Shown here piece after piece: positions 50,401-62,400 of a stretch of DNA of 64,000 bases; the first letter of the stretch is position 1; each line of letters opens with the position of its first letter. A model generated the notes under the pieces. That model did no database searches and had not been told where the DNA came from. It was given only the letters and a program-made list of their open reading frames with translations. This stretch comes from Trypanosoma brucei (taxonomy: Eukaryota): the NCBI GenBank assembly GCA_000002445.1, contig CH464491.1:256001-320000 (forward strand), written 5' to 3'. Both the position numbers and the translations under genes were made by a program.

Positions 50401-53400
50401 TTCTCCCCGAGCAAGAGGTAAACTATGTTCAATGTGGGTTGGTTCTTTCTCAGTGTACATGTAGCAATCCTGTACCAACATATTTGGTGACGAGTAACAA
50501 CCATCGTGTTGTGCACAAGGGTCTGTTCGTGAACTTTCGTGAGTCGGCGAATATTGTTACCATTCCAGCTAACTCTATGTCGTACCTAATTCCAAGCGCG
50601 ATGTTTCGTGACAAAACGAAGTTTCTTCTCTCATACTGGTTTCAAAAATTGCCTGACATGAAATTTATCAAAATCAGTCGTATCAATGTGAGTGTTGCGC
50701 GGTCACTACCTGCAATTGAGCACCTTGAGCTGCATAACCATGAAAAGAAACGCGTGGATTTTCTGGTTGATGTTCCCACTGATATTCACATTCTGCTTCG
50801 TCAGGAGAAACCTTGTGTGACGGTCCGTACGCACGATGCTATGGCTGATGACTTCCTAGGGATATATCTGTACAACGAGGATGAAAAGCGTATTGATGGT
50901 GTGACCGCTGCGACGAACTACAGGGAAATGGGGCTTGTTCACCGGCTTGCCACTGCGGGGAGATACGCTCTGTCGATCACGTGTCCTCGGGGAACCGGTG
51001 TTGTGCCGTGCCGTGTGGAGATCGTTGGCGTGGAAGATGCGAAGGTGCGTATCACCGACCCACCTGAGGATGCTGGTAATCTGTGTGAGGTTGACCTTCG
51101 CTTTCTGGGTTCTGAAGCTGAGGGTGTGCCTCTTGAAGACCTTCCGCTCGATAGTGACGCCGATTTGCAAGCTATATTGGAAGAACTGAGACGCCTGCAC
51201 GGAGACATTGATGCGAATGCTGAGCCAATTGCAAAACATGAGAGGATGATGAGTGACCGAGTTCATAAGATGGCGAGGCAGCTTCTTGCTAAGGATCGTT
51301 CGAAGTACTTACCAGGATACGATCTTCAAACGGTTAATTCCATACTTGACGCGGAGCCACATTTTGTCGTTTTAGAGCGCGATCGGTACCACCTAAAGGG
51401 TGATCCCAGGAATGCCACGAAGGTTCGGAATGTAGAGAGAAGCCTTCTTACTCTCGCTAATGAAATTCTGGAAAAACACGATGACCCTGACTTATCTTTC
51501 CTTGGAGCCGAGGTGGAAGGAATTCCCACCCTGGATCTCACTCTGATGAGCGACTCTTCATTTTCTGAGATGGCACGTGAGCGCATGCAATTAAAGCGGG
51601 ATCCCATTGCTAATGCGAGTCGTTTGGCTGAGGTTGAAGATAGTATGGTGGCACGTGCGAATGCTATTGCCAAGGAGATGCATTTGAGAGAGCGGCGATA
51701 TCTGAACCCTGAGCCTGAGGGTGTCCCCCTTGAGTTGCTTCCTTTAAACGAGGACGAAGTTGTGAGTGAGAAGGAGGACCGCCTCCGTGCGCTGAATCGT
51801 AAGGAGCGAAAAGACGAGAAACTGTTACGGAGTCTTGAGGACGTGATAGCGGACCGTGTACACGAGATCGCGAGGGAGCTGAAGCTGAGTGAACGTGATC
51901 TGTTCCTTGATCCCACTCCAGGAGGTTTCCCTGTAGCGCAGCTTCCGCTGGACGAAGACGATGTGTTTCATTCACTCGAAGTGGAGCGACTGCAACTGCG
52001 ACTGCGTCAGGATTCCCTTGCGAATAAGACATCAGAGATCAAAGAACTTGAAAGTTGGTTGAACCGTCGAGCGTGTGAACTTGCGCGTGTGAAGGTAGAG
52101 GAGGGTCGAGCGTTTCTAGACCCTGAACCTCTGGGGTTCCCACTTACCGACCTTAACCTTGACGGAGATAGTGAGTTTGTCAAGCTGGAATCGGAACTTC
52201 GTAAGTTGCGTTGGGAGCCGCGTGTGAACAGCACTGCTATGAGGACTGTGGAGGAGGATATTGCTCGCGTTGTATACCGCATAGCACTGAGGAAAACGTG
52301 TCTCGATCGTGACTATCTTGACGCGGAATATGAGGGTCGACCTGTGCAGGGGTTGCCTCTGAATGATAGTAAGGAGGTGCTTGCGATGGAGACGAGGCGC
52401 CGGGTGTTAATTAACGCGAAGGCTGACCGTGACGAAATCGGTGTTGCAGAGAATATGATACGTGATGCTGTGCGTGAGATCGCTCGCGCTCTGAATGTGG
52501 GCGAGCGCTTGGACTACTTGGAGCCATGCCCAAGAGGTGTCCCTGTAGAAGACCTCCCCCTTGACATGGATACGGAATTCCACGAGCTTGAGGTGCATCG
52601 GCAACGTCTCAAGTGTGATGCGAAGAAACAGGACACAGTAATAATGGATGTGGAGCGTGCACTGAATGATCGTGCGGAAGCCCTTGCGAGGGAGCACTTG
52701 TCGAGTGACCGTGGTTACTTGGACCCAGCATCTGTTGGTGTGCCGCTTCGTTTGCTACCACTTGATAGCGATAGTGTGTTCCAGGAGCTTGAAATTAAAC
52801 GTGCGCTACTGAAGAAGAACCCTCAGAGGAACGGACGTGCCATCTCGGCTTTGGAGGGTGGCCTGAACGAGCGTGCACACGTTCTTGCTACGGAAATGAA
52901 GCACGCGGAGCGATCGAAATTTATGGACCCTAACCCTGGTGGTATTGCCATTGAGGATGTTCCTATTGATAACGACGAGGTTTTTTGTGATCTTGAAATT
53001 CGTCGGTTTGGTTTGTGCGAGGACCCGCATGCTAATATAGCAGCGATACGAAATCTTGAAGATGCGATGAATGAGAGGGTGATCGAACTGGCTGATAAGA
53101 TGCGTTGTGAGATCCGCATGTTTCTGGACCCGATGCCATTGGGGGTGTCCTTAGATGAGCTGCCCCTTGACAATAACGAGAGCTTTGTTGCGAAAGAAGC
53201 TGAACTGCACAAGCTTCGGAAGGACCTGCGGGCAAATGGTGCCGATGTTGCTTTGCTGAAGTCTGACTTGAACGAGTTAGCCAAGCAGATGGCGGCGGAG
53301 ATGATTTCTAAAGATCGTGCTTTTCTCTTCCCTGAGCCTGAGGGTCGTCTACTGGAGGAATTGCCTCTAGATAGCGATAAGGAGTTTCGTTCTCTTGAAA

Positions 53401-56400
53401 AGCAACTACGGCTTCTTTGTAAGGAGTCTCCTCCTGAGGCACAGAAAATTGCTGCCATTGAGGAGTTGCTGGATGGTCGTGCGCATCAGCTTGCTAAAAT
53501 GAAGAACTGTGCGGAGCGGAAGGATTACCTGATTTCTCACCCTTGTGGTGTACCTTTGGATGATGTGCCACTGGACAATGACGATGAATTTTCGATGCTT
53601 GAAGTGAAACGAGCTGCGCTAATGCGTGACGTGGTGGGTAACAAGGACTCAATTGCCAGTGTGGAGAAGGCCCTGAATGGGCGAGCGGAAAAGCTTGCGT
53701 TGTTAAAGTTGCGTAGTGAGAGGTCGTTTCTCGATCCTGAGCCTCATGGCATCCCATTGCATTGTGTACCTCTTGATGATGATGATAACTTTCATTTGCT
53801 AGAGGTGGAGCGCTTGACATTGAAGGGTCTGAACATTCGCGAGAATGATCGTAAGTTGGTGGGTGTGGAAAATGCCATGAGGGACTACGTGAATGATTTA
53901 GCCCTTGAGGTGAAGCGAAAAATGAGAGAGGATGTTCTTGACACCTCACCTGATGGTCTTCCGTTGTCGGTGCTTCCTCTTGACAATGACTTACCGTTTA
54001 TTGAGTTGGAGAATGGATACATTAAAGCTGTTTTTGATGCTAAGGATACTTTGAAAATCCAGGACCTTGCAGGGGCGATGCGAAGACGTTCTGAGGACAT
54101 AGCACGTAAGCTGCGAAGTGATGTGAGGTTATCTCTCGAGCAACACCCACTCGGCTTTACTCTAGACGAGCTTCCCGTTGACGATAGTGAATTATTCTTG
54201 GGAAAAGAAAGGGAACTTCTAGAGTTGAAGCAAGATGGAAGATACAATTCCCCAACTGCTATTGAAATCATGGAGGAGCTTAACAGTATCATTTTGGACA
54301 TTGCCAAAGAACAAGCAATTAGAGAGCGCGAATTCCTTGACCAAGAACCGGAAGGTCGACATATCACTGAGTTGAATCTCGATAGCGATACGACATTCCT
54401 CGGGTTAGAAAGGCAGAGGAGATTACTCAAGAAGGATCCGTTTGCTGATCGCAGTAGGATTGTAGACTTGGAACAAATGCTTAACGATCGTTCGCACGAA
54501 CTGGCGAAAAAGCTCAACTCCCTAGATCGACCTAAATTCCTTCCCGTCGCCATACGTGGTGTGTTACTGTCTGAACTTCCCCTTGACAGCGATGCTGAAT
54601 TTACCCGACTTGAAGTTGAGCGCAGCTCTCTCTATCGCGATCCCGTACGAAACGCATCAACAATAAACCATGTGGAGGAAGCCTTGAATATCCGAGTAGC
54701 GGCTATGGCCGACGAAGTTGTCCGCCAGGATCGAATGTTCTTGGGCGAGGATGTTGAAGGTGTTTGTGTGCGTCACTTACCTCTTGATGATGACGCAGAG
54801 TTTCGTGCCCTAGAAACCAAGAGGGCGACATATAAAAGTTGTGGTTCTCGCATGGGCACGAAGGCTATCAAAGACCTTGAGGATCAGCTGGGAGATCGTG
54901 CAGCTGAGCTCGCCCGCACTGCAAAGAAGGAACTTCGCAACCTTCTCGGTACAGAACCCCTTGGTGTCCCACTCAGTGATCTACCAATTGATGTGGATGG
55001 TCGGTTTCGTGCGCTTGAAGACAATTATCGTGATCTTTCTCGTAACTCTGCGAACGGAGGGAAGCTTTGTGAGATTATTCTACAGTTGAACGAACGTGCG
55101 CTTGAACTGGCGGCGGAGTTGCACACCAAAGAGCGAGTTGTGCTAAGTCAATGTCCTGGAGGTATTCCACTGTCTGCACTTGCGCTGAATGAAGATGAAA
55201 TGTTCAAAGCTCTCGAAACGGAAGCTCGGAAGCTTAGGCATAGTACTGCTGGTCGAGGTCGCAACGCCGCTCGTATTTCTGAACTTGAGAGCGCGATGAA
55301 TGAGCGGGCGATGGAACTGGCGAACCAGTTGCGTAGGACATACTGCGACGCCGCTCCTGAGGGGATTCCACTGGAGCTACTTGGCTTGGGAGGGGTGGAG
55401 GAGTTTACGAAACTTGAAGATGCCTTGCGTGATGCGACGAAGGACCCCGTGAAGAATCGTGAGATAATAAGTGACATTGAGTTTGAACTGAACAGCCGTG
55501 CACACGTTGCTGCGATGGGACTTCTGGAAGGCGACCGCGATTACCTTGAATGTGAAACCATGGAAGTACCACTTTCTGATTTGCCTCTGAATACGGACAG
55601 TGTTTTTCGTGCGCTTGAGGTGGAGCGAGCGGTGCTGAAGTTGAGAGAACCTCACCGTGGCGCTCGTAGAGTCCGGGAGTTGGAGTTGAAACTCGTCGAG
55701 CGTGCTCACAGGCTTGCGGAAGAACTGAAAGAGGAGGATCTGAGTGGTCTTGATGGTGAGCCTGAGGGTGTATCATTACGTGCACTGAAACCACACAACG
55801 ACTCTTTGTTCAGTGAGTTTGTTGGAGCGATGCGAAAACTGAAAAGGGGACCGAAGAGAAACACTGTTGCTATTGAGGAATTGCGGGAGCGTATGAACGA
55901 GCGTGCGCACGAGTTGGCACAGGAAAAATTGAAGGATGACCGGGAGTTTCTGGATCAGTGTCCGGAGGGTGTTCCGCTTAGTGACCTTCCCTTGGGTACA
56001 GATCCTCTTTTCCACAAGCTGGAGACGGAACGCGCGAGGTTGAAGGAGCGTGACGCTGCTCGGAACATAACCCACATCCACGAACTTGAGAGTCGTCTGA
56101 AGGAGCGCGCAGTTGAGCTGGCAAATGAACAGAAAGGTCGTGATTTGAGCGAACTGGAGCAGTCGCCGTGCGGCGTGCCTATATATATCCTGCAGTTACA
56201 CGATGATCCCGTGTTGCAGAAGATGCTGAACAAAATGCGTGGATTGAGGAACCGCGGCGTCACTGGTCCCGAGTTTGTCGCACTCATTGATGAAATAAAC
56301 AACTGTGCGAGGGACGCTGCCGAGGAGCTACTGCTGCGGGACCGTGAGTACCTTGAACCTGAACCTCTCGGTGTACCACTGAGCCTTCTATCACTCACAA

Positions 56401-59400
56401 CGGACACTGTGTTTCATGGTCTGGAAGTGCAGCGTGCGGTGCTCAAGGCGCAAAATGCACGTCGGAACGCAGCGAAGATTTCTGATTTTGAGATGCGTTT
56501 AAATGAACGTGCTGTGCAACTGGCAGAAGTGCAACGGCAGCGGGAGCTGGAGGGGCTTGATCCCGAACCTGAGGGTATTCCTATATCTGTGCTTAATCCT
56601 CACGGAGATGTGGAATTTATTAAGCTTGTAACTGAGTTGCGTCAATTGTGTAGTGAGGGCAATAATGAGGGCATGTGTGATGTGCTGAAGACCACGATGA
56701 ACGACGTTGTGCATGCTCTGGCGAAGCGATTGAAGGAGGGAGATCGTGGCTACCTCGACCCTGAGCCCGAGGGTGTTCCGCTGTGTGTGCTGCCGTTGGA
56801 CACTGATGTGTTGTTTTTTAGGCTAGAGTGTGAACGTGTGACTCTGAAGGCACGTAATGCGCACTTAAACGCGAGGAGAATATGTGAGTTGGAGGACGCA
56901 CTCAATAACCGTGCAGTGGAACTTGCTCGCGAGCAACTGCGGCAGGACGTTAATGGTGTGGACGAGGCGCCGTGCGGTATTCCTCTGCAGCTGCTACGAC
57001 TTCACGAGGACAGTACCTTTCTTGTGATGGTGGATGATATTCGCACCCTAAGGAAGAATCCGGATGCTAACAGCGAGGCGATTGACGCCGTTGTCATGTC
57101 CATGAATGATCGCGCCTATGACGTTGCGATAGCTCAATTTGACCGTGGTTTCCTTGATCCTGAACCCGAGGGCGTTCCATTATGTATTTTGCCACTGGAT
57201 GACGATGAGTTGTTCCATGGTATGGAGGTGGAGCGGATTAAACTGAAGCTTACTGATGCGCGTCGCAATGCGCAGACGATTGGCACACTGGAGGAAGAAA
57301 TGAATGGCCGCGCACACGAACTCGCATTGCAGCAGTTGCGTGAGGAGCTTTCCGGTATTGATGCGGCACCTGAAGGCATTCCCTTGTCATTGTTGAGGGT
57401 GATGGAAGACCCTGCCTTTGCACTGATGGTGCTGGAGTTGCGTGACCTCAAGAAGGGCACCCAGGGTAATGCGGAACGGATTCGGGAGGTGGAGGACGCT
57501 ATGAACAACCGCGCTTACGAACTCGCGGATGGGCTGCTGGAGGGTGATCGCAGCTATCTAGACCCTATTCCCCTCGGCGTACCCGTCTCGGAACTTCCCT
57601 TGTGTTCCGACGAACCGTTTGCCACTATGGAGGTTGAACGAGCGAGGTTGAAGGCCGAAGACGCACGACGGAATGCAGCAGGGATTGGAGAACTTGAGTT
57701 GAAACTTAACAACCGCGCGAAGGAACTTGCGTCTGAACAACTATTACGTGATTTGGAAGGATTCCACGACGAGTATGAAGGGATTGACCTTGCGCACCTG
57801 AGGCCACACGACGACAAAGAATTTGTCTCCCTTGTACCGGAATTACGGAGGTTGAAAAGAGATGGTGACAAGGAAGCTGTTGAGCAACATATGCGCAGCA
57901 TGGATAGGCGCTTACGTGAGCTTGCGAAAGAGCTTGTTGGTGGTGATCTTTGGTTTCTTGACAAGGAACCGGAGGGTGTTCCCTTGACGTACTTACCTTT
58001 GGATGGGGACGAGATTCTCGACAAATTGCGCCATGAACGAGCTCAACTAAAGATACAAGATCCGCGGGGGAATGCTGACAGAATTGCGGAACTTGAGAGG
58101 AAAATGAATGAACGTATTCATGATCTAGCGAGGTGTATAGGAGATGAGGATTTTGATGGTGTTGAGGGAGAGCCTTGTGGCATTCCGTTGAGTTTACTCT
58201 CTCCTAGAGATGATGAGGTTGTTGCAAAACTTATCAATGACATTCGTAAAGTGAAATATTCTACAGGGGAGAAAAGCTCGAATGGTGCGCTGAATAACTT
58301 GCAGGTTGAACTTAGCAAACGTGTACACCAACTAGCAGAGGATGTTTTAATAAGAGACAGGGTGAAGTACCTAAACCAGTGCCCAGAAAGTGTTGATATA
58401 TCTTTTCTTCCCCTTAGTACTGACGAACAGTTTCGTGCCTTGGAGTTGGAGCGGGTCATTATTAATATCCAATCGAACGGTGACGACAAACGTTTGGACG
58501 GCTTAGAAGATATGCTTAACAAGAGAGCGCATGAGCTTGCAAAGGAACAGCTGCAGGAGGACCTAAGAGGACTGGAACAGGCTCCCCATGGTGTTCCACT
58601 TGACGTTCTTAAACCCCACAGCGACTTACGATTCATTAAAGAGGCGGAACAGCTACGGAACTTAAAAAGAGACCCGCTTCGTAATAAGAGGGAGATAGAT
58701 GACCTTGTGGAGCAAATGAATAATACTGTTGGTGAACTTGCCCTGAACTTACTACGTAGCGATCGTGACTACTTGCATTTGGCTCCTGAGGGAGTACCGA
58801 TTGAAGAGCTTCCACTGGAGGTCGATGCAAAGTTTTGTGCTTTGGAGGCGGAGCGTGCAATGTTAAAAGGCGAGAACAACCCGAAGAATGCGAGTATGAT
58901 ATTATCTTTGGAAGAGAAATTAAATGAGCGTGCTCGCCAGCTGGCTCAAGAGCAACTACTGGAAGACCTGAAGGAATTGAGTTCTTTTCAGCATTGTGTT
59001 CCTCTCTCACTTTTATCGCCTCATACTGACGTTCAGTTTGCTGCTGATGTTGCTGAATTTCGACGACTGAAAAAAGAAGGGGAGCAAAACACCCCTGCCA
59101 TTCAGGGCGTTGTCGGGAGACTTAACGCACGTGCGAATGAGCTCGCGGAAGAGTATTTGCGTACCGATCGCGCATCGTATCTTAACCCTGAACAACTTGG
59201 TGTGCCACTTGACTTGCTATCTTTGGACACAGACTCTGAGTTCGTGTCACTGGAAGCTGAGAGGCTAAAATTGTTGTCCTATCCGGCGGTTAACAATGAG
59301 CAAATAACTCGTTTGGAAGCTGAGTTGAATGCATGTGCCAAAAAATTGCTTGTTAAAAGATTGTATAAAGAAAGGAATTATCTGGATAGGGATCCACTTG

Positions 59401-62400
59401 GCGTGTCTCTGAATGCTTTACCTCTTGATACGGATTCGCAGTTTCATTTCATGGAGCTGAAGCGGTTGGCTTTGAAGGCAGGAGATCCCTGTTGTAATGA
59501 AGTCGCAATCAATACTTTGGAGGAGAGATTGAGTGACCGTGCATACGAGTTAGCAAGGGGGCAAATTGCGGAAGACTTGAGTGATCTGATAAGTGCTCCC
59601 AGGGGTATCCCGGTGAGTCTCCTTCATCCCCATAATGATCCAGAGTTTCATGAGATGGTTGTTAGTGTTCGACTGTTAAAGAGGGATTCTCAACCTGATC
59701 TATCGAAACTTATGAGGCTGGTCGATGACCTGAACAGGAGGGTAAAGGAGCTTGCAGACTGTGCTGTAGGTACATGCCGGAGAAAACTCAACCCACTCCC
59801 GGATGGTATACCCCTGCAGTCGCTTCCCCTAGATGAAGATCCATTATTCAGTCAGATGGAGCGTGATCTCGTTTCATTGTTCCTTGAAGATGAGAAAAAG
59901 AATGCCACTCGGATAACTAAGCTGGAGGACCGCCTCAATGAACGTGCGGCGAACATTGCTGTCTCTGTAAAGGCGAAGGATTTGGAGCAGTTGGAACAGA
60001 CGCCTTGCGGCATACCTATTGAGCTTTTAAGGCCCCATGAGGATTCAACTTTCGCCTCACTGGCAAATCAATATCGCATTTCCAAGCACCTGGGGGGGAG
60101 TGATTCACACGGCGTGAATGTTGGAACCCTGAACAAAAGGGCTACGGAAATAGCCATAGAGCTTCTGAGGGGCGATCAGAGTTACATTGATCGTCAACCT
60201 TGTGGGGTTCCTTTTTCCGCTTTGGAATTGGAGAAGGATCCCCAATTCCGCGACTTGCAAGTTCAGCGGATGAGGATGGTACTTTCAAATCCGAAACGCA
60301 ATCTCAACAGAATAACTGAACTTGAGGTACAACTTAACTCGTACGTTCAGAGGTGTGCGCAGGCGTTCTTGGCTGCTGATCGTGGATTTGTTGACAAAGA
60401 ACCTGGGGGTGTACCGCTCGCGGAGCTAGACCTTGACAATGATCCTCTCTTTCATCGAATGGAGGTAGAACGAGCAAAGTTGAAAATAAGAGAGCCAGTC
60501 ATCAACGCCTATCGGATACGTAATCTGGAGGAAAAATTGAACGATCGCGCTCATGAGTTGGCAGAGGAATTGTTGGCCACTGACCTTGAGGGAATTGCGC
60601 CCGAACCCGAGGGAGTTTTGTTGGCTTCCTTGCACCCGCACGACGATGCCGAATGTGCCTCCCTCATCGCCGCAAAACGGCGGTTGCTAAAGGAACCGTC
60701 CCAAAACATGGAAAAGATTAGGGACGTTCAGGAAAAGTTGAACAACCGCGTGTTTCAGTTGGCAAGGGAGGTAATTTCCAAGCTCCGTAAACAGTTGGTT
60801 CAAGAGCCGGAGGGGATTCCGCTGGAATTCTTACCGCTTGACGCAGATAATACATTTCGCAGCATGGAGAGAGATCTCCTTGCCTTGCAAGCTACTCCTC
60901 GACGTAATGATATTAAAGTGGAGACCTTGAGGGGGAGTCTGAACGAACGCGCGTGCGAGTTAGCAAGGGGTCAAATACAATGTGGCCGTGGATTCCTTAA
61001 CCCACAACCGGAGGGTGTTGATCTCGAGCACCTTCCCCTTGATGAAAATGTGGTGTTTCGAAGCAAGGAGGTAGAAAGGACCAAACTCAAAAGGTGCCCT
61101 CACGAAAATGCAGCCGCTATTACGCAGCTAGAAAGTGATCTGAATGCCCTCGTACACAGCATCGCAAAAGACATAAAATTATCAGACCGTGCATTTCTGA
61201 ACCTAACGTCACACGGTATCCCGAGGGAATTGCTACCACTTGATGAGGATCGGAGCTTCACGACGATGGAACGTCGGCGAAGGAGACTGAAACGTGACGG
61301 CAACCGTAGGGCCACTGCAATGATGAATCTGGAGGAAATGATGCAGGATCGTGTAGATGACTTGGCTTTTCGCATTTTGCGAGGGGATCGGGGTAACTAT
61401 GTCACTCTTCCTGATGGGATTGACGCAGCAGACATTCCTATAGATACTGATGAACGTTTCGGAACCTTGGAGTTGAGGCGCGCAGTCGTAATGTTACAGG
61501 GTTCGGATGATTGCAAGGAACAAGTGGGGAAGTTGGAGCACCAGATGAGCGAGCGACTACAAGAATTAGTCAGGAAGCGGGTAAAAGAAGACAGAGATTT
61601 CCTTGATCCGGAACCTGAGGGCATTCCATTGAAGGATATTCCACTTGACTCCGATGCCGAGTTTAGGCATCTTGAGGCGCGAAGAAGAAAAATCCGTCGC
61701 GAATCGCGTCGTCGAGTAACTAATGTCGCCGATCTGGAGGAGGCTATGAATGATCGCGCACATGTACTTGCAAGGTGTATCGTCGCTGAAGATGTCGGGC
61801 ACCTTCGGCCTGATTACCGAAGGATTCCAACCAACGAGCTGCATCTTCATAACGATGACACGTTTAGGTCACTCGCTAGCAAACGTCGGGAGCTGCTACA
61901 GGTGGGCGCAGTCACCGTTGATATTGCTGCCATCGAAGACGATATGGACATCCGGGCGCTGCAGGTTGCTGATGATGTAGTAGCGGAGGAACGGGCCTTT
62001 TTAGACCCACAACCCGGGGGCATGTTTATTGTTGACTTGCAGCTCGATGAAGATGAAACATTCTTTGCACTTGAGCGTGAGCGGCGGAGGATGAGAAAGG
62101 ATTTCCGTTTCGCTAAGCGGAACAAGGAGGCCATTAACGACCTTGAAGTCAGTCTTAATGAACGTGCTTGTGAATTGGCAAGGGAGGCGTTTTCAAAACA
62201 ACGCGATTTCATGGATCAGGAGCCCGAAGGTATTCCTCTAAAGGAGCTGCCTCTTGATAATGACTTGATTTTTAAAGATGCTGAAATTTCTCGATACGTG
62301 TTGTTGAAGGATCCAAAACATGCAGCGAATGAATTAATTGCCTTCGAAAACGTCATGAATTGTCGGGCGCATGAGCTAGCGAAGGAGATCATTGCAAAAG